A stretch of DNA of 64,000 nt from contig NC_081331.1 of the NCBI RefSeq assembly GCF_022539665.2, forward strand, positions 8,804,001-8,868,000. The letters run 5' to 3'. Below are positions 1-13,009 of this stretch, one piece after another; positions within the stretch are counted from its first letter, which is position 1, and each line of letters starts with the position of its first letter. The stretch comes from Daphnia carinata (Eukaryota). The translations under genes and the position numbers were made by a program. Below the pieces are notes generated by a model. The model had not been told where the DNA came from. It was given only the letters and a program-made list of their open reading frames with translations, and searched no databases.

Positions 1-62
1 TATATAAATATAATTGTACGGATGTATAAATATATATATATAATTGTAATATACTGTATATA
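1..62. repeat. TA-rich low-complexity microsatellite
   Basis: Runs of tatata/aatata, ending in the TA immediately before the transposon end. Confidence 0.7.
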
Positions 63-628
63 CAGTACCCTCCAAAAGTGTCGGAACACTAGGGGTTTTT
101 GGGGCCATTTAACATGGCGTCTTATGGCGGAAGGAGACTTGCGCAAATGTAAAAAAGGGACAGAAAAAATGAAGATAAAAAAATGAAAAAACGCCCAGGT
201 GTTAATTAAATAATCCCCTATCTAGCACAATTTTTTCAATTTTTTATCTATAAAATTGATTGACTAGCATGCTAGTCATGTATTAACCGAACACCGCGTT
301 TAGCGTACGGGATACCTAATGGCACTACCCCGTTTTTTTTAAATTTTTTTTCATACAAGGAAATGTTTCCCAGACTTCTTAATTACATCAATCAATAGCA
401 TATTCATTAAACTATATTCCCTTTTAATAATATCACTAAATTTTAATTATTTTAGGAAAGGGAATTTTTTAAAGTGAAGACGGTACTAAGTTTTTCCCGT
501 CAAAAATAGTTTGTCTTATTCCTACCTGAGGCGCTGAACTCACTACGTAAAAGCAGCCAGAAATGCGTCTGCTTTTTCAGCAAACTATTAGCTGTCACAG
601 GAAAAAAACATTGTGAGTTCAGCGCCTA
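63..628 (+). mobile_element. Left arm plus centre of a palindromic non-autonomous Tc1/mariner-like element (MITE)
   Basis: Starts TA|CAGTACCC. 63-543 is an approximate reverse complement of ~31186-31669. Internal inverted repeat aggcgctgaactcac...gtgagttcagcgcct marks the centre of the palindrome. Confidence 0.75.
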
Positions 629-3600
629 ATACCCTGACCAAATAGCTGAGGATTATACAGATCTTCAGTGACTTTTGCTTACCCGAGTATTCATCGCCAA
701 CTTAATCTTTATCAATAAAAAACTTGGAACGTGGGAAAAAGAGACAAACAAGTGATGTCTAGGGTTGACGTCATCGAATCCATATATGCACGTTTTGTCA
801 CAACGTATTGTGTATAACAGTGTCCAGTTCACAAATCCGTTGCTGTAGCAAGCAGTGCTATAGACTAATAAGACTGAGTACCGCTACCAAACATGATGAC
901 CCATTAACTTGTTATGAAATACACTGATTATTGTAATAGTCTCTATTAGCCACATGAACGAAGACTTTATAGCCTACTCACATATTATATTTTGCGTTTT
1001 AGCTATTAGAGACACACGCCATAAAAAAGTAAACAAGGTGAGTGCATAAATCCTACTGACAAATCGATCTAAAATCCATTTTTCCATACCTGGTTGGAAA
1101 GGATTTTAACGCGCTGCGCTAGCCTACTTAATTTTGGAGGAAAACGTGGAAGACCTTTTCACTGCTTAGGCAAACGAATGCCCGGGTTCATTGTAAAATA
1201 AGGGATCAGTGTGAAATTCGATTTCATCTTTGATCAATGTCAAGTCGTAAAGAACTTGTTCTATGAAATTTAGTTTGCTAATAGCAATTTTGTTGATAAT
1301 GGATTGTTTTGGACAAATGGACGAAACGCTGCACACGTCAGCATGAGCCAACAATTTGTTTTCGATTTCAATGCTCACCGAGTCAGCAGCTCGACCTATA
1401 TCGGATGAAACAGAGGCATCGGTTTCGCCCCGAGTTTGCCCTCTACCATCGCCCATTGCAGCCGCAGCCAATGCTCTCCATCTTTCTTTGTTGCTCTGTA
1501 CTGACACATTGATTTGTTCGATGCTAGGAACTCTCTCCAACTCGTCTTTTTTTCCGAAAAGAGTTTTGGTAGGTTTGACAGCCCGCAGATTAGAACCACC
1601 AACGTTCGTAAGGGTCCTCGCTATTGGGTGAAACGACAAGTGCGCTGCTAAATTTACGATTGCCAAGTAAGTATGGCCGTGTTGTTTGAACGATTCTACC
1701 ACCGTACAAGTCTGCCACTGTGCGTTTCGGGCCGTCTTGTTGCGATCCGTTGATTCGTGTGAATGCGTAGCTCGTTGACCGTCGGCAGCATTTGTTTCAT
1801 CTAGGGTCCGCATCACAGTCTCCTGCAAATTTTTGTTTGAAATGATGTAGGCTTCCTTTATGTTGTAAGCTTATCGTACGGAGTATTGAACTAGTTTCGT
1901 ATCGTGAAAACAAAATGTTACCATTGGATGTCCCTTTCTAAACGTTGATTTGGTTGCGCTGGTTAATATTTCATGATATTCAGTAGCCGTATTTTGCCAA
2001 GTTTGATTTAACTCTTGAAATTTACTGACTACTCGATCAAATCCTTCTACGTCCGATATGGTGTTCTACGAAGATAAAGTTTCAAAAAACATTAAAAAGG
2101 AAAACTAGTTGATGCCTAGGGTAGTATGATTCCTTAAGTGCGTAAGAACTACTTTCTAACCTGGTAGTTTTGCAAGAACTCAAGCTTAGTCATTAACTGG
2201 GTTAGATCACCTTCAAGCTGTTGCATCTAAAAAAAACAGGGTTTAAAACTATAATCTGCACTAGCTGTTTCTTATTGTGTTATGTACCTGGAGTAGGTGA
2301 AGGTGTTGCTCCTCGCTCAGTTTTCGACATTCTTCTTCGTCATTTTCCAGATCCGATAAAACAGATTCACGAATTTTCAAGTTTGTCTAAAGGAAATTCG
2401 AAAGTTAAGCTACTATACAAATGAAAACGTAATTGATAGACTCCTTTTGACTTTACCTGAAAAAGCTGCAAACTCTGCAGTTCTTCGCACTCCAGTTGTT
2501 CCTTCTTTTCTGCTATTGCTGTTCGTTTTTCAAATGCGGTTACTTCTTCTCGTAATAGCTGTTTCTTACTTTTTGCCAATTTTTGCTCCAGTTCAGTCAC
2601 CGCTTCTCGTCGATCCTAGTATCATCATTTCGCATGTAGGCAGCTTTTTAAGTAAAAAAACTTTGTTTCTATCACTCACAATTACGCGCATAGCAGTGAC
2701 GGCATTCGAACGGTGTTTATTCCTAGAAGGTCGACTAAGGTCCAAACAAAACATTTTTTATCAAATTTTTTAAGAATACACATGATATACATATTGGTTA
2801 CATTAGTTCACTTTGAAGTTCCATTGTGAATTTTTGATGGCGAAAAACACACTGGTGCACAGAAGTCACTCAAATTATTGTTGATTTTCACTATGACAAC
2901 GGAAACCAAGGGGTGTGACCGAGGCCAGCGCCCTATCTGGCGCAACCGCTGAAACTTATTTTGAATATTCCCATTATATCGTGGTTTCGTTTCCGCTTGA
3001 GTCTACTTTACCCCCGGCTGTTTTGGGCTTTAGTTTTCGATCATTGCCTTTCGTTCAATATCTGAATCAATGTAGCGTGTCTCTAGTGATAGTTTTTCAA
3101 TTGCTTTTAAAAGATGTCCTTTCAATGAAAGATTTTAATTGATCTGATGGATTGCAACCCAATGCCTTCAGATGTGTCAATGGTTTTGCAAAACCAGGTA
3201 TTTCTGTTTTCTCGGTTTTTTTCTGTGCCACGCATGTTCAATAGCGCTGAATCGAAATTTTTAGGAGATCGACTTCAATTTGGTCGTGCACACGAACTTG
3301 ATAGATGAAGATATTATCGTACCTTGGCCAACCTTGGCATCTTGTTCGAAAGGCATCACACACTGCTTGAAAATGTAGATAGCAAGTAGCAGCAACTTTA
3401 CTAGTTTTGTGTGACAAATAAAGAAAAATAATGACGACTCCTTTGGGATGCCTCTGGTATCGTACCATCGAACTAATTTGTTTCTTCATATAGATGGAAA
3501 TGAACTTTGCTATATTTGCCTAACTTTTCTATTTCAGTCCCATCTTCTTGAAAAGCACCTTGTATAGCATACCGTATTTGAACGGCTTTTGCTGCTACAG

Positions 3601-5456
3601 GAAATTGCTGATTGTAACACGTTTTTTTCTAAAAAAACAAGTAATAGTAGCACTTTTTCGCCATAGCTTTGGCATTTTGATATGCGAATGGATCGTGAAA
3701 AATCAAGTTTAAAACTGCGCATGTTCCAGCACAAATAAATGCAGAATAAAGGAAGCCTTTCCATTTTCGCAGAAGATTTGACCTGATATTTTTTCCTAGA
3801 CACAATCTTAAAAAATCAACACGGAGTTTCTTTTATCGTTGTACACAATTCAATTGCGTTCTTTTTTTAGTAGTGGCGAAGGCTAACGAAGGTGTCCAAT
3901 GTAATGGTAAAAAGAAATATAATTCCAAATACTAACATCTTTGATCAGGAAACGAACGTGCTATGCAAGGCGAACCAAAAAATTTTTCATTTTGAAACCA
4001 AGTGGCTGAAAATGATGATACACAGATATACGTGACTTTGTCACTAATAGCTTTTTTTCTGTTACTAATTCCGTAGTTGACAAGAAACCCCCTTGGCATC
4101 GTCACTCACGTCGTCCTTGCAGCTGCCAAGATTCTGCGTGATCGCGGCCATTTGGTAACACGCAAGAAAGAACACGGTACAACCGATCGGTGCAGTCACC
4201 AACAAAAGGGAGTTTTTTTTTAGTGCCACGCACAGTAGTCGATTCACTTTTATTTAATAACCCAGTGGAAAATCAAAATTAAAAAATAAGAGTGGCATAA
4301 TCTCAAGAAATAAATCGAAGGGAGAACAGCAAATCGATTCCTTGCACACACAAGTTAACGTAAAAGAAAGAGACATAGTGTGCAGCCTACCTCCGTGATT
4401 ATGAAGACATTTTTACTCCCTTCTCGTATTCGTCCTACCCATCGGACCGTATGTAGTAAATCAGAATGCTTACAGGAACCATTTTCCAAAAGGCACATTG
4501 AGCTGATTAGGAACAGGAGAACAAGTCATGGAAATACCGGCCGGTAACGAATCAGCCAACTTTGCCACCCATCCTTTGGAATGCGGGATGCTATAAATAC
4601 CGTTTGATGATATAGTTTCCTTAACCCATTTTATTGATGCAATGCAGCATGATGAACAGCAGTCTTTGCGTTGGTTTTGTACGGAAAATTATGCAATCGG
4701 AATTTCGTCAGTTAGCAGTGCAGTCTCTATTAGAAAAGAAGATATGAACCCTACTTCGATTGTCTTTTGCAACGCCTTTGAACGTCGAAAAAATGACATA
4801 CTTTTTTCCCCCATTTCTCCCTTCCCTCGTGAATCTTAAACCAATAGTTTTAAGCATGATGCTACCTGACATTAAATAAATTTGATTACGCGTTTCTTGT
4901 TTTTTCAAATTTTTATTACAATGAATCGTTTCCCTAGCCAAGGCCACCAGACCTCCATTCTTGTTTCTATTTCAGCCCCAATCAAAATTAACCCCTCTCT
5001 GACAAACTACCCGTGTTCCTCTAAAGAAAGAAGAACCTCTGCAACACTCCTGCTTCAACATTGGCGAAACGATCGAATCACCAAAGCTGCATTTTCTGCA
5101 GATTGATACTCGAATCGTTTCGGTGTGTCCGTCATACCGTTCAAAATGTAGGGCGTAGAGAAGCCGGCGGCGGTTAACGGAGGGTTATACCGCTTCGTCT
5201 TCCCACTCCCATACATTTTTATTGATAAAAGAGAACACTAGTTAAAGAGAGAGCATTGCTTTGGATATGTTGCTTTTTCGGACTACGGGTACTTGTCTGA
5301 TCGGATCAATTTGATTATCTCTGAAATTTGAATCAGGAATGTAGCTAGGATTGCGTTAACCAGGTACAATAGAAAATAGTTCAATGACAAAACAGTGTGA
5401 ATTATTAAGTAAAAAAAAAATTAAATCATCGTCAGGTCGTACTTTTGTGCAGCACT

Positions 5457-7370
5457 TTACGCCCTTAGAAGATCTTGAGTCTTTTCTTTGAACTTTTTGG
5501 CGCTTTTAATCATACGTTTGGCCGTGCCTTGCATTCGCTTAACCACTTCGTTGTCTGATGTGATTTTTTGTTTTCCTAACTCACGCTTATTTAGCCATCG
5601 TTTGAACTTCGACCCATTTTTTTTCTCAGAAAGGTTTTTATTTGTTTGAGTAACATACGTGCCCACTTCGTTGATTTCCTCTTCTTCAGCTACCACGTCA
5701 TCATACCATCCATGGGGTTTGGACGTGCCGAGTGCTTCATAAATCGCTGATTCGTGCGTTTTAGTCGTTCGATCCGGTGGCCGGGCGGGCTGTGTTGAAA
5801 CCAGGCTTCTTCGCAGAAGTAGGTCATTGTGCACCTTAAGATTCTCTATAGTTCGTCGTAACTCTTCTTCCAACTTACTGTTCTCCTCAATTTTCAATGT
5901 TAAGCTTTCGTTTAGCATTTCGAGGGTACGTACTTTTGCACCTAGTTCGTGAATTTTTACCTTCAATGGATCAATTTCATCGAAATCAGATACCCAATTA
6001 GAACGTGGGAATCGAACAGGAATCTCCTTGGCGAGCGGATCAAATTCCGACAAATATAGCTGGTTCGATGTAGATTGTTGTTCAGCTAACATTTCTGCTT
6101 GGTGAGCAGAGGGCGGGGCAGCTCTGCAGATCATTCTCTCGCTTTCTGCCCGCAAGATTTGATTTTCAGTTAGCAAGTGATTCATTTGCTTCTTCAGTTC
6201 TTCATTCTTTGCATTGAGAATCATTTCGTTGCATTTCCAATCGAAATTCCGTGTATGAATAGATCCATTCAGCCTTTCCATGTCGATCTTCATTTCTTTA
6301 TTTTGTCTGTCTAGTACAGCATTACGATGTTGGAGTCCTGAAAGCTCGTTTTGTAGTTGGCCGATATTATTAACTTGTTCACCAATAGAAGCATTAGCTA
6401 GTTCAAGGTCAGCTTTAAGCCGTTCCAACGTTTTAAGTTGTTCATCGACCAACACCTCCGCATGTTGCAGAGACTGCTCAGCAGCTTCTTTTGCGGCCGT
6501 AACGGTAAGATTTTCTGTATCCAACGAATGCAATTTAGATTCCAGAATTTCTATGCTTTTCATCAGTTTTGACTCAACTTCCTGCAAAGATGCCACCAGT
6601 ACTTTGAGTCCGGCCTTCTCCTCTTGAACCGAAAATTGTTCTTGCTGCTTGATTTTTAAATCGTGTAGCTCCGTCTGCAACGTATCTAGAAGATTCTTTT
6701 TTACGTTGATTGTATCCATCGCTAAGTCAAGGGCGAATGTTTCCGATAGTTTTTCTTCAGTAACTTGTTGCAGTTCGGCAGTTATTACAGCAATTTCGTT
6801 CTTGTATTTTTCTTGCGTGTTCTTGAAGTTTCTTTGCAGGTCAGCATTCTCGTTCATAAGCTGGCTTTCGGCTATCTGACGTTGTTTCTCCTGCTCAAGT
6901 GCATTTGTCCGCATTGAAGCTATTTCTCGTTTGAGTTCGTCATTTTCATATTGAGTTTCTTCCAAACCTGTTACGATGAAACTTAATTTTTGAAATTTTT
7001 GCTGAAATTGGAAGATTTCATGACGCATTGCTTGATGTTCTTCTTCGAGCATTTCAACATAGCCTTCGATTCCGTTATCGATCCTCGTGGATTGGTTGAT
7101 TTTCATGTTTTCGGGATTGTTATATGAATGAGGACGATTGGAGTTAAGTGAAGCTGATTGCTTTTCTGGTTGAGAGACTAGGTCTATTTCCTGGTCATGT
7201 CTGGGTTTTCCTTCATCTTGCGATGAATGGATTGCTCTTGTGGCAAAATCCGGTTCGTTTCTTGGGGTATGGCCAAATCGATGTTGACAAAACTGGTCGA
7301 TCGTGTAAAGGATCCAGCCATGACACATCCAAAAAAGAAATACGACAACGGTTACGATCGTTTGGTACAT
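5457..7370 (-). CDS. Intronless 637-aa coiled-coil protein with hydrophobic N-terminus, function unknown
   Basis: 1.9-kb uninterrupted ORF; E/K/Q/L-rich heptad pattern over ~aa 100-530; N-terminal MYQTIVTVVVFLFWMCHGWILY. Confidence 0.75.
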   Translation of the reverse strand: MYQTIVTVVVFLFWMCHGWILYTIDQFCQHRFGHTPRNEPDFATRAIHSSQDEGKPRHDQEIDLVSQPEKQSASLNSNRPHSYNNPENMKINQSTRIDNGIEGYVEMLEEEHQAMRHEIFQFQQKFQKLSFIVTGLEETQYENDELKREIASMRTNALEQEKQRQIAESQLMNENADLQRNFKNTQEKYKNEIAVITAELQQVTEEKLSETFALDLAMDTINVKKNLLDTLQTELHDLKIKQQEQFSVQEEKAGLKVLVASLQEVESKLMKSIEILESKLHSLDTENLTVTAAKEAAEQSLQHAEVLVDEQLKTLERLKADLELANASIGEQVNNIGQLQNELSGLQHRNAVLDRQNKEMKIDMERLNGSIHTRNFDWKCNEMILNAKNEELKKQMNHLLTENQILRAESERMICRAAPPSAHQAEMLAEQQSTSNQLYLSEFDPLAKEIPVRFPRSNWVSDFDEIDPLKVKIHELGAKVRTLEMLNESLTLKIEENSKLEEELRRTIENLKVHNDLLLRRSLVSTQPARPPDRTTKTHESAIYEALGTSKPHGWYDDVVAEEEEINEVGTYVTQTNKNLSEKKNGSKFKRWLNKRELGKQKITSDNEVVKRMQGTAKRMIKSAKKFKEKTQDLLRA

Positions 7371-7881
7371 TTTCGAATTGTTGTTGGAAACTACAGAACG
7401 TAAATGAATGCCATCCTATTGCGCCACCTATATACATGTACTTTCTGAACACCCGCGGATGAACCCGCAACTCACCAAAAGGACTTATATTTCGAAACAG
7501 TTAATATTTGTCAATTTGTAATACACAAAGATTGTCATAAAAACATTCTCAATATTTGTACAAATCCTGTTCAACAAGCAATAAACTGCGTTCTTCAAAT
7601 TTTGTATTTGAAAATCAATCTGATAAAGGAAATTCGTGGTGTTTCGGTTATGAGTACCGTATATTATTAAGCTATGACAGTACGTCTTGAGCTATGCCTC
7701 AGGTTTGAAATGTAGATAGTAGCTTGTAATGGGTGGGTGATGGACAACTTATATTTCAATGTCTACGATAATTAAAAGCACGATCGGGTGACCTTCTTTT
7801 GACAATTATTCAGTTGTTTTTTTAAATGGTGTTTTCGGCTTCTGTGTCGGATGCCAATCAGCAAATTAAAAAATCAAACTT

Positions 7882-7894
7882 CCGCTAGATGGCG
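7882..7894 (+). promoter_or_regulatory. CTCF-like binding motif
   Basis: CCGCTAGATGGCG closely matches the CTCF core CCACTAGATGGCG; lies between two divergent loci. Confidence 0.45.
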
Positions 7895-8339
7895 TTGAAG
7901 TTGACGAAGCTTATTATAACAAAAAAAAATTCAAAGAACAGTTTTACCTCTTCGCTAGTCTAAACCCTACAAATTCTAATTCTATCTTCGCATAACTATT
8001 AGCATTTTGATACTACTATACCCGAGTAGGGCATCCATCGCTTCAATTCGATCGAGCAGTTTTTCCGAATGTTAAGTGATCTTGCAATTTTTTGAAACGG
8101 CCGCAGATAACAGATTTGAATCCAATAAAAAATTCAGCTTGCCCTTAACTAAGATGATCTGCAGGTGTGTGCAGTTGATGTTACAATTGTCTTCTTTGGT
8201 TCTTAAAAGCTATGTGTGCAACACACGAAGCATTTACATGAAAAAGAAAAGTGAAGATTAGTCAAAGGTTAGTTGTATCAAAGATATTTTTAAAGATGAT
8301 GGTTTTTTGGACAAATTAGACTGTTTTTTTACAATTTGC

Positions 8340-9165
8340 TGATATTTGGCTCCTTTGGCTTGCAGGAGGAATTTCCCAGTTCGACAACCAAACCATTTGT
8401 TGAGAATGACAATGAAGACAGTGACTTGTGATCCAAAGACCAAGAAGATTCTATGGGTATAAGAAAAAACGATGAAGCCAAAGATAAAATAGCAGTACAA
8501 GCATCTAACCATTATAATGTTAGTCAAAATAATGACCGTGAACCCCTAATAAACTCTGATGTGGATGCAAAAAAGCATGATTCATGCTTAGAGCAGAGTA
8601 CAGCTGCCCTAAGATCAGATATGAAACCCATTTTAGTGTTGAAATAAAGGCCTGTACTTGTTTGTCAGAGACGAAGATGAAGATGTCGATGAAAACCATT
8701 GGCTTGTGGGAGAAGTGGAAATGCAATGAAGAGGAACGAGAATTTGGAGGTCTGACTGAGCTTTTTCAAGACGAGGCTGAACTGTCAGGTTCCGAAGATG
8801 GGAGCGGTGGCGAACGGGAAAACGAAATAGATGACCGGAAGGAGGAGGAAGGCGATAAAGAGGATATTGATGAAAACGAAGTCTGTGAGAAAATTGGAAG
8901 AGCCCATATGAAAAGAATGCTTGATCAAGACCAGCGCGATGTTCGATTTTTTCAAGAACTTTTTCTCGAAGATGATGGTTTGCATTCTGGTGGCGGTGGA
9001 AGGCAAAGACAATTTCAGTGGAAACGGGCCGATGGTGAAGACATTGAGTGAGATGATGCCCGTCCGAAAATTCAAGAAGATGGAATCGCTAAAGAACGGA
9101 ATAATCTCACGTGGATGAAAATTCGCAGTGATAGAGAAAACTGGTTCTAAGAACAAAAGTCGCAT
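8340..9165 (+). pseudogene. CLSPN: Claspin C-terminal-region pseudogene or fragment
   Basis: FQDEAELSGSE...KIGRAHMKRMLDQDQRDVRFFQELFLEDDGLHSGGGGRQRQFQWK resembles Claspin LEDEAEVSGSD...[42 protein letters not shown]. Homology continues through an in-frame TGA (9049-9051) into WMKIRSDRENWF*EQK, which has a second stop. Confidence 0.8.
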
Positions 9166-10335
9166 TAGGTCGGCGATTTTTCAACACCGTAAAAGCTTGT
9201 AACTAATTTACTAATCAACTGTTTTTGCTGCACAACATGGTGTACAGGAAACGAATAAAGAAGTACCATTGGTTATGAGCCAGAGGACTAAAATGGTGAA
9301 AATCAACACTACTTCCAAAACCATTAATCAAATTGCAGAAGGCGATCTCACTGCAACTACCGACGCCAAGCAATCAACGCATTCTAGCGCAAACATTGTG
9401 ACCACTGTAGGTTACGTTTACAATGTGCTTAGCACATTGTGGAGATCAGCGCTTGCATAGTTTCCTATTTGAAATTTAATAGGTGAGACGCGAATCTTTT
9501 TGACGCAGAAGTGAAAAGGATTTGTCAGACATCACTAACAAAAGCCGTGTTGCCGGTTCAGGCACCAAGGGTTGGTTCCAATTTTGTATTTGCATCCATT
9601 ACTGCGGAGAGGCTAGTTGATGAGCAAAATGGGAAACATAAACAGGATCTAATACCGAACTTGTTGTCTTTTTCCTTCGATGGTAATACTATTTTTTTAC
9701 AGGCTTTTAAATGCGATTCATCCAAACAAAATCAACAACAGCCAAGAAAGCTAAAATGTCTTAGAGTGCAAAGAGTATTTTCTCTTACTTTTAGGCGCTA
9801 TCCCTTATGGATATGCTTGTTTCAACCACAGTGCGTGAAGCCGAATTTTGAAAATTTTATCTGAATATACATTCTGGAAATTCAAACAAATGTAAAAATA
9901 AGCTCTCTTCCGACTTTATATTCTGTATACTTACTATTTCATAAAAACGTTTTTCATTAATTTAATGGTGATTTCGACTGGGAAAAACTGTATAGTAGAT
10001 TAGTTATTAGTTCGTTATTAGAAGACTCTTTAATTTTCCCGCTTTGCTCTATCCTTCCCATGTAAACTTTCTTTTCTTTTTTTTGCCACTCAGGCAGCCA
10101 AAGTTTTTAAGTTTTGCAATTGAGAATCTGGTATAACTTTATAGAGATACCTAATAGACCTTTTGCGGATGCTGAGTTACCGCAATCAAGTCATGCCTAT
10201 TCTATTTGCATTTTTCTTTTTTTTTACATTAGTACCAGAGATAAAAACCCTAAATTTTATTTTGAAATCTTTTAATGGCCATGGTTAGGTTTCGTATCTC
10301 ACAAGCCTGTAGGCTGTAGCATTTGTGATAAGATA

Positions 10336-10441
10336 TGTAAAGCATCTTCCCGTGTGGGATGATGGACTTTACGGATTAAGACAAATAAATGTAAATTGAA
10401 CTCGAGGCGTTTTACCCACAATGATGTATGTATTATATCAG
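10336..10441 (-). repeat. Truncated 3' LTR (terminal 106 bp)
   Basis: Matches 12082-12187, then joins internal sequence equivalent to 14663. Confidence 0.9.
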
Positions 10442-12081
10442 ATAAGTTCCATCTCCCGATACATTTCCAATAAATTCTTTTTAATATAAATGCCTGCTGG
10501 CAAATCTTATGCTGGGGTAAATATAAATGCTGTATTTTGTGGGACATACGGAAATGAATCTTTCATTTCCGCTGCAACTACTATCGACGTCTGACGAAAT
10601 AGCGTCGTCTTTTTGACCGTGTAACTGCCATGTCCGGTACCTCAGAGATGGCTGATCCCTGCTCATCCCTCGCTAGGTAAATGCTCCTGGCTTCTCCGTC
10701 AAGCCGAAATCCGTGTTTCTGGATTGCATCCCATCCAAGGATACAGTCCACAGAAACACCATTAGTAACGATAAATTCTCGCTTAAAAACTGACTCTCCG
10801 TATCGAACGGGTAAAATAACTCTTCCCAGCGTATGTAATTTCTTCTCCCCTACATTATATAAATCGAAGTCAAGCTGACTGCAGATCACCTGACTTCTAG
10901 GGGGTAACTTATTAAATAATCTCTCGTGAATAATATTTTTTAGACGCGTCTGTATTTGTAACGGGATCTGAAAAATCTTTACTGGAATTCTTGGGGTCGA
11001 TTCATTTGTTAATATAGTGGGTAAATTTTGCGACTTTTTGGGATTTAACGTGAGGCTGCCTATCAACTGACCCGAAGTTACAATTGATAATTATTGGTTT
11101 CCATGACGCTGAAATGGACCTGGAATATAAGGTCTATGGGAATTTCTTAACTCAGTACAAGTATTAGATTTATGTCCGAATTCACGACAAGCATAATAGA
11201 TTGGAGGTTGGTATTGTTCCCAGTTTTGACGCTGAAATTGATGACAATTGGACTGACTGTGTCCACGATTTCTACAAAAATTGCAAACTACTATGGGCTG
11301 ATCTGATCTGTAATTAACATCGTTAGCTGGTCTAAAGAAAAAGGGCGAGAATGGCGTAGGTCTATTCGGGAATCTAGCATGTTGGTAAGAATTGGTGTTA
11401 GTATTGGGGCGATGAGGGGGAGGTCTCCAATTTCTCTCTCGACTGATGCTATCCGTTTGAAATGAAACTTGCATCCCATACGGAGCACCCGTCAAAGAAA
11501 CATAACCCATTTTATCCATTAGGAGCTGTGTTACAACCTGCGTAGGCTCGTGCAGAACTTCTTTAATTTCATCCTTCTCCGAATTTTGGATTCTCTGCGT
11601 GTCTATAGCCCTGACTGATTTTAGCACCTCATTCTTGACTATTTCCTTCTGATCAATTAATATTTGTGTAAGTTCCCTCAGTTCCGAATCTATTGTGTCC
11701 TATGACTCGTCAATCGCTCTAACAAATTCATGTTCCTCACGGTCCGTCTCCAAAGCTTCTAAACGAACGCCATAAACAAGCATTGATGCAACAAATTCGT
11801 TGAAGGCACTAAATTCCTTGTACCTTACTTTAGCTTGCAATTGTGATTCTAATCCCTCAATAAATTTATGCATAATTAGGATCGAAAAAGACTTTTCTGT
11901 ATAGACTTCCGGATATGCTGTTGTTTTAAATTTTTGTAAGCGACGAGCATAATCCACGATCTTTTGCTACTGGCGTTACGGAAATTATGCGGTGTTCACA
12001 AGGGTACGAGAAATCTTATGTCCGCCATAAATAACATCATTCATCATTGTGATCGAGTTCGAAAAACCGCTGCCACCATAA

Positions 12082-12824
12082 TGTAAAGCATCTTCCCGTG
12101 TGGGATGATGGACTTTACGGATTAAGACAAATAAATGTAAATTGAACTCGAGGCGTTTTACCCACAATGATGTATGTATTATATCAGCTAAGACATAAGA
12201 GTTAAAAAGACAAAGAACAAAGAAGAAGAAGAAACATTCAAGAAACAAGTCAAAAGAAACAAATATAATTGGGTCTTACCGTGATCACACGTATAGAGAA
12301 CGAGAAGAAAAACGACACAAGGCGGGCGTGATACGCAACTTCCACGAGAGCGATACACAAACAATAGTTCAAAACAAATGGAACTAGACAGTCGAATCAC
12401 CGCGAATAATTCTAAGTCTAAACAATTTTACTGGACTGACTCGGCGAATAAAATGTTAAGTAAAAGGCACAAATTCAAGCATAACATTAATAAAGTAATA
12501 GAAATGCTTTCAGGCAACTACTCGAATCGGCTGCAAGTTCTAGTCTGATCTTCCTCAGATGCTGGGTTAACCACGGAACTTTGCATATTGCAAAGTGGCG
12601 TGATTGGGAGGAGCTTGTAGGCTGCACGCGGTTGACCAATTAAAAGACGCGTTCAATATGGCGTGATATTGATGACGTATCGCCTGCGTGAATCATCTTG
12701 CAGGTGTTCATCTAGGTCACCCGCGCTGCGTATGTTGCGGTGCAATTAATATGTTCACCCTTGATGAGTAATAAAGACATCGAGAAGAAATATATGTTGA
12801 AGATGTCTATTTGGCTTCGTTACA
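12082..12824 (-). repeat. Shared middle LTR (743 bp)
   Basis: Copy of 16302-17044; PBS on its left and purine-rich gggagtga (minus strand, PPT-like) on its right. Confidence 0.92.
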
Positions 12825-12844
12825 TCACTCCCGGCGGCGTGAGA

Positions 12845-13009
12845 TTACGTCCCGTAATCAGACTGGTTGCATGGGAATGAATTCGGAAGCTGTTCGTCTT
12901 GAACCGTCCGTGGGCGACAGCAAGTGATCCAGATGAGTTTAAAGAAGCCGATGAAGCCGCGAATGAAGATTAGGACTAGAGGACCTCAAATGCCGATGAA
13001 GAAGCAGTC
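12845..13009 (-). pseudogene. Possible env-like C-terminal transmembrane remnant
   Basis: DCFFIGI*GPLVLIFIRGFIGFFKLIWITCCRPR...DYGT*, ending just before the PPT/LTR. Confidence 0.45.

Noticed and set aside
1166..5170. Several 60-220-aa ORFs, including a short coiled coil at 2367-2600
   Set aside because: No recognisable domain; probably decayed transposon or gene fragments that I cannot assign
6280..6879. Plus-strand Ser-rich ORFs
   Set aside because: Antisense shadows of the coiled-coil CDS
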